Below are positions 1 through 11,084 of a stretch of 44,063 bases of DNA, piece after piece; within the stretch, counting starts at the first letter, position 1; each line of letters begins with the position of its first letter. Origin of the DNA: Paraglomus brasilianum (Eukaryota); NCBI GenBank assembly GCA_910592345.1, contig CAJVPI010000191.1, positions 1 to 44,063 on the forward strand, written 5' to 3'. A model generated the notes under the pieces. The model was not told the DNA's origin. It saw only the letters and a program-made list of their open reading frames with translations, and made no database searches. The position numbers and the translations under genes were made by a program.

Positions 1-3000
1 CATCCAACGGGTGGTTGCAGCTTGACATACACGACCTTCATTGGTCCGTGATTCTGATGATACAATTTACTCATTTTTCCCCCAACTTATATTGTTAATA
101 GAAACATTAATAATGAAGATTATACTTGTCCTCTGCTTGTGAAGGATCTGTCCCTAATAATTGGGCATTTAATTCTGGGGAGGTAGCTTCCAAAGTAGTC
201 TTGTCCTTGGTTAAAGTCCGCATACTACCAAATTTAGCCATGACACTACTTTCAATTTCGTGAAGCTGGTAGAGATGGAAGATGAGTTTGCTGCTTGGCA
301 CACCGGTGTAAAAGCAATGTTTTTCCGATTGTTTATCCACCTGTTGCTATCGTTTATTTGTATTATTACAGTTATTGGCACTACTATATGTGCTATTACA
401 TATAACATATATAGCATTATTTAACTAATAGAAGATAATAATTATATTATTATTTAAATAATGAAATATTAATAATGAAGATTATAGTAGCGAAAAAGAA
501 AATCTTTATTATATGCGATAGTCAAATAAATCGACTTGTTATAATTAAAATATAATAAACTGAAAATAACAAAAGATATCTAGTTTACTCAATGATCGTT
601 TCTTAACGTGATGTGAGGGCATAGGGCGGATGGTATAAAGATGTGAATCACATGATACTTGGCCCTACGTGGCGTGATTCGGGCAACGTTATGAAACGAC
701 CAAGCCGTTAATAGCGTCTAACAAGTATTTATTCGCTCAGTAAATACATAAGGTACGTCCTGCTATCGATAATCTTCTTACTGCACAAGTATAATAATAT
801 CATTGGAATGATGTCTAACGCATCTACTCATACATATAGCACTTTTCTACAACTCGTTTTGAACAACGACACGACACAGTTTATCGACCACATAACAGAC
901 CTTTGTCGCACGTTCGCTTTCGAGGCAAGAATTCTTACTGGGTAAGTCTGTTGAGGGTCTATATCTGAAGGTACGCTGCCACTAGGTATAAAAGCCGAAT
1001 AATCTTGAAAGCTCTCCGTGCCACACTTGTAGATTGTTTGTCGTGAGTGATTTCGCGTATTCGAAGAATCAAACTAGCCGTTTATGCACATTCAAATCTC
1101 GAGCGGAGTGTGGCTCTCCTATTTTTAGTTAAATAAAACTGGCAGCTCTTTTCCTACTCACGACTTTAGTGTCGATGCGTAGTATGCCTCGGTTCTCTAC
1201 CGTTGGGATTAATCCGGTAGCCTAGCCGATTGGGGTATAACTGTATTTATGCGTTCAGAATAAACAATTAATTATCGTATTGCCACGGGGGCAAGTAGCG
1301 ATTACTTTTTTCCTCTATAGGTTCAGCGGCTATATCAAACAGTTTCAGGGATGAAATATCAAACGTGTATTCTCAGAGTAATAGTTTGTTTATTAACAAT
1401 ATTTATATGATATAAGGGAATCGAAAGGAATTTGATTGCTTTGAACATACCGAATCTAAGCATTTTTTGAACGTACTAGGCTAATCTATTTTCAACAACG
1501 CGATTGACTATTTTTAGAATCAGTATATACTGTGTTGCTATTTGGTACTGCTGTGCTGCTCCTGCTGCTCCTGCTGCGTCTGCTACTCCTGGCGTTTGGT
1601 GTTACCGCCCGATCAAATATGTACAAGTACTAGCACGCGAGCAAATTATTCAAGTGTAGCCGCAATAATACTTAGAGTAAGTCGGCTCTTATTTTGTGAG
1701 CTGATAATCGGTGAATCCGCCATTTCTCGCCAGTTGCTTTTTACTGCTCGGATTTGATTGTTTAAATAATTAATTATCAAAATACATGGTTATTTGAATA
1801 TTTCTAACGCTGTACTATTGCTGGTTAAATAAATAAAAATATGGAATTCGTTAAAAATATACGCCAACATTTTTGAGGAAAAGGATGTTTACTTGAAAAT
1901 GCGAAATTAAGTTAAACCACGATTTTACTTAAGAATGTGCATAGTATTTTTAGCTAGTAGGTTGTGCTTTGTATCTAGTACTGTTTGTCATTATCCAGTT
2001 TAAATCTGTTATATATTTCTTATGTCTACACTTCAAGAATCAACTTCTAAACACTAATGCGATTGTTTAATAAAATTATTACAGATGTACATAATATGCT
2101 TACAAAGTGTCCATGATTCTCGCTTGAAACACATCTCAACAAGCTCGTCCATTAGGATAACAGGCTAGCGGTGAGATTATCGATAAACGTCGCTAAATTT
2201 CGTTTGAAAATTGGATTAAATAAACTTAAAAGTTATAAGCTGGAAAATGGTTCAATCTTTATTTAGATTTATTTGAGCTATTCTTTCAGCCATTTCCTAT
2301 TGAGTGTGAAAAGAATCGGTGGTAATTTTAACAATTTGCTGTTGAAGGTCCGGCTTGTTTTGTTTACTATGAGGGGTCGATTAAATAATTTCCGATCAGT
2401 TTACTTGTACGCTGAATCCTTCTAATTCAGTTAGCGCGTCAATAAGAAGCAATGGTTATGTACAATTAAATAAACTTTACCATAATTCTTAACTTATACA
2501 GAATTTATCCATATTAATATCGCAAAATAGAAATTAAGAGTTGACTATTGAACTTTGAAAGAGATATGTTTTGGTTAAATAAACTGTTTCAAAAGTCCGT
2601 GTAATCATAAATGTATGTTTAATGTCCGATAACCGTGAGCTCGATATACGCACTCTTTGAGAATTCGAATCCCTAACGCATTGGGATTAACAGTATCATT
2701 TTCTAAACAGTAACGAGCATATTTTTGAAGTGCAACTCAAATATTGAATAATCGACAAGGAGTACCAGCAGACGTTTGCTGATAAAAATCGGTTTACCTC
2801 TAGAACCACAATTTGTCAACAAACGTTCTCATTAGTTGTTGAGAATTAATTGCTTGCATTTATTTTGAAAGTATCATAACTATCAACTATCGACCAATGT
2901 TTGTTGAATCCAAGCAACAGAACAGTTGGTATAACAATCCGAGTCAAAATTAGATATTGCTATGATTGCACATTAGCAACAGTTTAAGTGCGCAGTCGAT

Positions 3001-3204
3001 GTCAAAATACAGATTTGTAAATTGTATATTCATGTGGTTTATATCCCTGGTTTGTTGAATGCATGCCCTCATTTGCTCAAGGTTCAAGTTTAAGCCGGAT
3101 AACTTTGTTCACATTCAATTAATTTTAACTAATAAAATGTGTCTTTGAAATTTTTGGAATTAGTTAGCTTGACAGACAGAGAACAAATTTATTGATAATA
3201 TAGA

Positions 3205-3300
3205 ACTTTTTTATATCGCGAAAGTTTGTTAAAAGAAGTTGCTCGTTATAAGAGATTTTGGTCCGACCCGACAACTTTCTTATAACGAGTTTTACTAATA
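3205..3300. mobile_element. Right-end fragment of a pogo/Tigger-like MITE
   Basis: gagattttggtccgacccgacaactttcttataacgagttttactaata resembles the right end of the element at 14950-15299 (gagaatttggtggtccgatccacggcttttcttacaacggggattttaccaata). No left end identified. Confidence 0.45.
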
Positions 3301-3759
3301 GTTATCTACTTAACTGGTTGATTTGCGGTTACAATAAATAATTTCTGACTGCTTTGTCTATTGGAATGTGCAAAATACGGGTCTTTTAAAAGATAAACTG
3401 ACAATCTAGCTACTGTTAGTAGGACTGCATGCAAAGTTTTAAACAACTCAAGCTATTTTGTATGCGACCATATACATACGTGTACAATATACAGTATTTT
3501 TGAACTAATTATGATATGAATGCTTATGTTATTAAGAAAATAGAGTCTTAGCCAATCGATCATAAATCAATCCGCGAGTGACATTGCTAGCTACCTGCCG
3601 AAAAAAATCCCGCCACGAATTATCGACTTGGTCTAAATAAAATTATTTTAACAAAGTTCATTACGGTTTAACAATACAATATAACACAAATCTTATTTTG
3701 CAGGCGAAATTTTATTAATTTGCATATGAGTCACTGAAACACGTCTTCAATGTAGAACA

Positions 3760-3899
3760 TTTATATTTAATTGAAGGAGGGGTAGATTTATTGTATAACT
3801 TGTAAATAATCCGGATTTTCAAAAAGAGTCTGAGTCACTAAATTGGACAATGTTAATATTGTAAACTGACTTGTTTTAATATCAAACACATAACCAATT
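3760..3899. repeat. Dispersed repeat, homologous to the 3' flank of kinase copy 3 (40135-40290)
   Basis: tgagtcactaaat...atgttaatattgtaaactgactt...ccaatt (3831-3899) aligns with tgagtcactaaat...atgttagtattgtagattgactt...ccaatt (40223-40290), same orientation. Confidence 0.7.
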
Positions 3900-3904
3900 C
3901 ACGC

Positions 3905-4170
3905 AAATCAATTAAAAACATGTGGAGATATGGATACACTATATACAGCAAAAGTTTATGGTAGAGGAGTGGAATAAAATTCCAGAGAATATTATAATTA
4001 ATTTAGTAGAATCTATGAGAGATAGATGTCGCTTAGTGATTGAGAGAAATGGAAAATATATTTCATATTAAATTTACTATTATTTCAAATGAGGTATTAA
4101 ACATGTAAATTGGTGCGGTGGTTATGGAGTTATTAGGAAAAATTCTTTTTCAAAAACTTTTGCAACACTG
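3905..4170 (+). mobile_element. Tc1-family transposon 3' remnant (transposase C-terminus plus terminal repeat)
   Basis: 3958-4071 translates as MVEEWNKIPENIIINLVESMRDRCRLVIERNGKYISY*, fitting the Tc1 C-terminal W..I....L..SM..R...VI...G...Y pattern. An N.IKNMW-like remnant lies at ~3906-3925. The element ends ...aaacttttgcaacactg followed by TA (4171-4172), a CAGTG-type terminus. Confidence 0.8.
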
Positions 4171-4627
4171 TATATCAATCTCACCGGCCGAGAGAAAATT
4201 ATTGACATATTGCAAAGAGTGCACCAATGTATTGTTGAGATATCAATATGATATCGAAATCATGGTCTTATACGAAATATACTCGAAGAACGACGTATTT
4301 ATCGAGAATTAGCGTCTCTTGATCGGCTGTTGGAATAGGTAAAGCCACACTTTCGTTGAAAGAAAGTTAAATCCCAAGTGTCGATAATCATCCGTTTTCC
4401 GTGCAAGGTTATCAAATACGCTTTTTGTATTCTATTCCTGTGGCTTCCTTCGATCTCCATCATTATGTATAATTACTGTCAATTCTGCTAATATTTGGAT
4501 AAATTTCGATAGTCTGTAGGAATATGATCCACAGATTTTGAGCTAATACTAGGGAATTTATTTGGTTGTTTTCTATAGGGGAGAAGCGTATCGAATGCAT
4601 GCGGAGGATGGCTGTCAATTGTGGCAA

Positions 4628-4728
4628 TTAGAGCAATTTATAAAGGAGAAATAACATAGAAATTATCTAATTAATTTAGTTAATTCTATGAAACAGCTTT
4701 CTACTGAAAAAAATAAGTCATATATTAA
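4628..4728 (+). mobile_element. Second, more degraded Tc1 transposase C-terminal fragment
   Basis: LEQFIKEK*...NYLINLVNSMK; aattaatttagttaattctatgaaa resembles aattaatttagtagaatctatgaga at ~3996-4020. Confidence 0.45.
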
Positions 4729-5172
4729 TTATCGTAGAAAACTGGACGTTTCAAATACATATTTTTATCCACTGATTGTTTACCTGCATTAGTTTTATTT
4801 TTGTTATCACTACATATAATGCAAGAGTGTAACAATTGTCTTGTATCTTATTAATGGGTTAATATGCTTGAACCAGATATGATACTAGGGGGTCCGTATC
4901 ATTTTACCGAACATCAACTACCATCGAGTCTTGCTGTTGGATTTATTATAATATTGATTTTGCAGTCTAGTCTATATATCAATCGTTTGCAAAATACAGT
5001 ATTCACGTATTACTAGCTCTAATTGCAGACGTTGGCATCGTAAGTTTGAACTTGCCTACATTATTTTGTGCCGTGATGTGGCGGCTTCCTTTCTCGGAGG
5101 TGCACATGATTTTCGTCGTGATTGATTTGGTACAAAATCACTGCTCAGCCCCTTGAAGCTTTTCCGCAAAGA

Positions 5173-7553
5173 ATGTCAGGACGTCAGGCAATTGACGGCT
5201 TGATTCAGCCCTCTATACTCTCGTTTCAATGGATTGATTGTTCAGTATTTCGTGACATAGAGCTGAGTGAAGCCGCTGCTGGCAAAATCATCTACTGTAT
5301 AGGAAGATGGCATCACAAGATGATTCTGTTATTACTTGGAAACGACGAAACATGTACACCAGAATTTATAAGTGAGTTTGCTAGAAAGTACTCACTCCCA
5401 CCACACAGATATAGGGACGATGTTTCACTTGATAATAATCAGTTCAGAAGATATACAGAATGGCTTAGGCAACGCAGTGCACTAATAGAAGGATTTACCG
5501 AATATGAAGGCAATTATTACATGGTTGCTAAGAGACCGTTTCAACATTATTACTCACGATATGGATTCTGTTCTGAATGTGGAATACTCAGGTGCAGTTC
5601 AGTGTGGTGTATTTGCGAACATAAAGAATTATCTAATGCTTGGACTAGCAGCAATAAAAAACTCGATGAGTTTATCAAGAAGTCGCAAATACAAACGAAA
5701 TCAGCAAACGATGCCTATTTGGAATGGATTCCATTCGATTGCATTACGTTTGGCGAAAGTGGAATATCTGTAAATAGTGTACCTATTACTGATGTACCCG
5801 TTAAATTGATTCCACTCGAAATAACAGATGAGACGGACGATTCATACTATGACAAGGTAAACGGCCGTATTCAAATATATATTATATTGTTATTGGTTTC
5901 TCGGCTTAACATAAACTTTAATTCCATTAGTTATACGATAACCACCCGGATATTCTTATCCGAAACGCCTGGGTTACTATTGGATTCACATACCATGCAG
6001 AGGCAGAAGAATATTGTTTAATAAAAGAAATGCACGAGATTGGTGTATGTTTGGTGTGTGCAGCACCCTTAGAATCTAGTAGACCATTCTGTTTTTGGTG
6101 TAAGGCACCAAAACCTCCTGATTGGACTGCTGGCCATAATTCTCTGGATTCATTTATAATGAAATCATGGAGCAATACTATGCATGAAGCTGATGCCTAT
6201 ATACAGTGGATAGAGTATTCGCAATTGGAAAACGTACGAGAGACGACATTGTTGCAATATGGATGCACACATATGGCGGACTGGTTAGAACCAACAATAG
6301 ATACACCGATAAAAGTAATATTCAAAACGATAGTTGATGAGCAGAACAGTCAATCGTTTGATTTTTATCAGGTAAGCATTCTCACTAGAATAATATGTTA
6401 TGACGCATGTGTCGCGTTTTTTTAAACGATGGTTGTTGTAATAATGATTTTATCGTTTGTTCAAAATAGCTGACCAAACATTATCCGGAGATATTAACAC
6501 CGAATAACATTTGGGTTATTGGAATCACTCAAAACCCGTCTACCCGAGACTATTGTTTAATATTCTATAGTGAGATACATACAATATTGGATAGAGTTAT
6601 GCAAACAAGTGATTGCGTTAGGTTTATGGATTATACCGATTTTGATGAAATCGAAGAGATTGGATCGGGTGGTTGTGGAACACTTTATACTGCTAGATAT
6701 CGACCTATAAGAGTAGAACGCCGTATTGTTCTCAAGAGTTTTAAGAATTTTGATCAGATGCCGGAATTGCTTGTTTGTGAAGTAAGCACCTCTGATACAA
6801 TTACTTTTAATTTTTAACGCTATTGATTAGTGTTTATTTCTCATTTAATAGCTCAGGAGCGGCGCCAAGTGCGATCATAGGACTTCTTTTTATTATGGAG
6901 TTACACAAAGACCAGTGACAAAAGACTACATGATCGTAATGCAATATGCCGATAGTGGTGATCTTTTGTCTTATTTAAATAGAAATATTAACGAGATGAC
7001 GTGGAGGATGAAATTACGGCGTTTGGGGGATATTACACGATGTCTGTATAATATTCATTGCCGTGGGTCGGTGCATTGCAATCTTCACGGCAGAAACATA
7101 GTGTTGAAGACGGACGATTATAATGGTTCAATTAAAGCGTTCATATGTGACCTTCGTCTCTCACAATCGCAGGCGTCCGAGCAAAAATCAAACATTCAAG
7201 TTGCCACACCTTTTATTGCGCCAGAAGTTTTCAATACTCGCAAATGTACGCAGAAATCGGACATATATGCATTTGGTATTATTATGTATTTGGTTGCCAA
7301 TGGTGAAACACCTTTCAGAAACCGATTGTTTGATAGCGATTTGGTACGCGATATTAGGGGTGGACTGCGACCTGTCATGCCAGATTCAGCACCGGAGGCA
7401 TATAAGAAACTTGCTGAGCGTTGTTGTGATACTGATCATGACGAGCGCCCAACGAGCTGGGAACTATATTTAGGTATTGAGGATCTTGAAACGGAAATAG
7501 ACGTAGGTGGATCTGACGCTAATATATGGAATACCATATATTACACTGATTAA
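5173..7553 (+). CDS. TKL-type protein (pseudo)kinase, copy 1, with repeated N-lobe modules and Cys4 fingers; ~712 aa
   Basis: Exons 5173-5856, 5931-6371, 6470-6781, 6852-7553; GT-AG phase-0 introns give one open frame. Kinase motifs: GSGGCG, IVLK, HCNLHGRN (catalytic loop), DLR (for DFG), APE, SDIYAFG, LRP. Confidence 0.85.
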
Positions 7554-7775
7554 GACCTTTATCATGTCGAGAAGGAGAGTAAATACTCTAGTATGGTCTT
7601 ACCTGCAGGAAGTTCGCCTCTGGATTGAGAAATAGGATGCTGGGTAGCAGTTGTTACACGTTCTGTTTAGAGATCAATTCTATGAATATATTAGAGGAAA
7701 CATGTAAGCATGTGTTACCCTTTTTTTGACAAATACGTTCTACGTATAATGGTCTGTTCAAAATCAAAGTATATA

Positions 7776-7920
7776 CAGTTCTACTCGGTTATATCCCCAC
7801 TTGTATCAACCTCAGTTATATCCCGGCTTTGATGCTAGACGGATTTCTCTTATGTTAATTCTCAGTTATATCCCACTCAGATATATCATAATCCTATAGT
7901 AATGTAACCTCGTTTATATT
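7776..7920. mobile_element. Solo terminus of a pogo/Tigger-like element with subterminal repeats
   Basis: TA followed by CAGTTCTACTCGGTTATATCCC, then CTC(A/G)GTTATATCCC at 7784, 7811 and 7861 with degenerate copies at 7876 and 7909. No partner inverted end found in the window. Confidence 0.5.
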
Positions 7921-8832
7921 AATATCCCCTTAATCATATTAATATTAAGCAAATTTATTAACCATATATGCATTATTTAACATATTGTAAATATTGAACC
8001 CACATTTTTAAAGTTTGTTGTCTCAACCTCAGCCTATAACATCTACGTACGTATTTGCGCAATGTAAACCTTTCCTTTTTATTATCTTTTGGCAATGACC
8101 AACACCGAAAACGCCTTTCAATTTTAAAGTTACTAGATACTAGAAGCTATGGTGGGCCTTGTCGGAAAGCCACTGTTTATATATAATTTGGTAAACAATA
8201 TATAAATATATATAATATCGCCTTACAACATATAATAATTAGATCGTTTTGTTTATATGAAATTACAATCTAAGGCGTTGATAACTATATGATAAACCAA
8301 GTGGATCTGTCATTGCGAGTAAATTTTTTTCTATTAGTAAAACCGAATCTTGAGAATGTTATACCAGTTTCAGTGGTGCACCGGTCTCTAGCACTCTACA
8401 GCAACGAACGATTAATTTCATTTCCATGTGTTTGTCCTAAAATAACGTGAGAACATTTTATTAATGCAAAAAAGGCTTAGCCGCATACACAACCAATAAA
8501 TACACCCCCCTGACAAAATTATAAATGCAATCAATAGGATACAATTTACAAAAATTAGACCAATTTTTTGGTTTCAATGTCTCAATATCAGAAGTGCTGT
8601 AATCACTACTCAAAATACTAATTATTCATGCTCTAATTTCTTCATTGTTCATCTGCTTAAATTGTAAGGGTGCTTTTAATTGTTCAATTTCTTCTAATGG
8701 TTCTTTATTTCTCTGTTCGAGTTCTGTTATTACGTTTACCATATTATTTTATTTATTGTTAAGTATATAATTATTTTAATATTTCTTTTTATTTAAGCTT
8801 TAAAATTAAAAGCGGGAAGATTCGTTGAAAAT

Positions 8833-10290
8833 TTAGGCGGAGAACTTAATGACAGCGAAATGATGAAGAGGATTTTGGACTAAAATTTTATTCATTGCCA
8901 GTATAAATTGGTTGTGGACAAGTAATGTCTTTGAATTCATCTCTAACAAATGGGCGAACATTATGATAAAGATATTCTTGCCTTTTGTAATCCAAAGGAG
9001 GAGGGGCTGTGCTAGGATTGAAAAAGGTTTAATTTCTTTGATAATTTCAGAAACATTTGCTTTCCTAGTTTTTAACAAATTAAATTCGGTATAAGCACCA
9101 TTAGCGACCAGCTGAGCTTTGACAACTCCAGGTCGAGCTGCATCAAAAAGAAAGTGCTGCTATTTTTGTAAACCATTCAATTTCTTGAAGAAAATTCCTA
9201 ACACGGAATTAAGATCCAAATATTGAAAGCCTTTGCCGTTGTCATAGCATTGAGTTTTGTTTAATCCAGCTGTGCTTGATTTTTTCACAACCTCAACAAT
9301 ATGATCCGCGCAATTTACTGTGGTTTTTCTATAGAGTTTTTTAATCAATCCAAAACTTCCATCACACTTGAATTTAGTATGTCCAGGTATCATAAAATTT
9401 AGTTCAATGCTTTCATAATAACCGCAAATCACCAAATACAAGTAAAATCAAATAGTAGTGTTATTTTTATTTTGTCCACCAGCATTATCACAAGTAACCT
9501 TTAAATGCTTTTTGCCTTTATTCAATCTCTTAATTCCATCGAATACCAGGCTCGGTGTACCATTAGGACCTTTGCCGATAATTTCGTCTTCATCAAGAAC
9601 GTAATTAATTTGTTCGCGTACTGCCTCATCTTGAATACCAAATAAATGCACTTTACGTGGACTAAGATAATACATCTTACTTACCTGTTGATCAGAATGG
9701 GGCACGTGAACATTTTGTGCTCAATCATAACTATAATGAGCAGTAGCATCAACGCTACAATAGCCTCGCCAACTTTACTTCTTGTTATAAAATGCTCATT
9801 TACCAATTTTCTCTGTTGTTCTGCTAATTTCGTATTTTTGTTGTAATAGTTTCTTTCTAACTAAATGTTCTTTGTACTTTCTTAGTAAATCTTTCGCTTC
9901 TTCTTCCTTACGAGCGTTATATTGTAAGCCGTTCCGAAAATGTTGACAAGTGTCACACAAATCAGTTCTGGGACTCATAATTTGAATATAAGGTGTTAAT
10001 TGGTGCCATAACTTGCGGAATGCATCATATTTTAACAATTCAACGTGCTATCGTTTTCGAGACCTGCAATAAAATGACGATAGACCGATTTGTAACTAGT
10101 TTCAGCTGGTAAAAGTGTAAGCAATTGAGTAATGCGATTGACGTTTCTACCGGGACTTGGTAATCAGCGTAATTCTCGAGAAAATTCTTCACAACGGTAG
10201 CAACGGTTATACAGTATCAATGGTTATTTTGGTCTTCCATCGCGGCATTCATTTCATGTTACCATGAACGCGTGGTATTATCCTACATCT
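8833..10290 (-). mobile_element. Degraded DDD transposase, Sola-like
   Basis: Ordered fragments PRVHGN...PSPGR...LLPAETSY...FRKLW...PRTDLCDTC...HYSYD*AQN...CDNAGGQNKN...GHTKFKCDGSFG. These give three candidate catalytic Asp in motifs typical of Sola-type transposases. Multiple frameshifts and an in-frame TGA at 9721-9723. Termini not found. Confidence 0.7.
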
Positions 10291-11084
10291 TAATGACGAA
10301 CCATAGAAACATAGTCCATATTTAACGTTTAATTCGTATTTTAATGGTTCTGCATTTACGGACAGATTAATAATGAAAAGACTTCTTTCCATTAAAATAA
10401 CAAGTCAAAGTCAAAACTTGTGGGCTTCAAGAAGAAATTATGACTTTGCATTTGTTCCTAATTGGGTGTTGCACAATATTTTGTGAACAAAGTATGATCA
10501 ATCGTTCAATCCTCTTTGTACAAAAATAATGTTGTTTCATGAAAAATGGGCGTTGTATGTATTAACTAAGTCCCATACTTTGGGACCAGGCAAAGTTGCA
10601 TTTAGGCGGTTCATGTTCTGTGAAATTTTCCATAAATTGAAGACAAGTGGTCAACCTTGATAAGTCAAACTCGGACAAATGTCTTCAATTTCTTTTCTTG
10701 CTATTGCTATTGAAAAACATTTGATAAGTTGGCTGCTCTACAGTGAAACTCCATAAATGCAAGGGCTTTATTATAGACAAAGTGGGGATCTTTGTTCCTG
10801 CAATGGACAAATCACCAAAACTTGCAAATTATTCTTTATTCTCTGCCAATACTCATAAAAATTTGATATCCAGCCAATTATGTTCCAAGTTAGGTAAAAA
10901 GAATGTATGAGAGAAACATATTAATATCACTATGTGTACTATTAAACTTTTCAAGTTTACAATAATATATTAATATGCTGTACTATACTTATTAACGTTG
11001 ATTGCAGACTATTGTTCATACTAATGTTTTAGTTTAATCATTTCTCTTATACTAATGCTAATTTTAATATAATAGCCTTCAATG

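Noticed and set aside
1..3100. Short ORFs and a (GCTCCTGCT)-like repeat at ~1549-1590; possible decayed retroelement gag
   Set aside because: No recognisable RT, integrase or zinc-knuckle motif could be reconstructed, so no call is supported.
5122..5172. TTG start given in the ORF track for kinase 1
   Set aside because: Eukaryotic gene; the in-frame ATG at 5173 (MSGRQAID) matches the start of copy 2 (MSRLAID).
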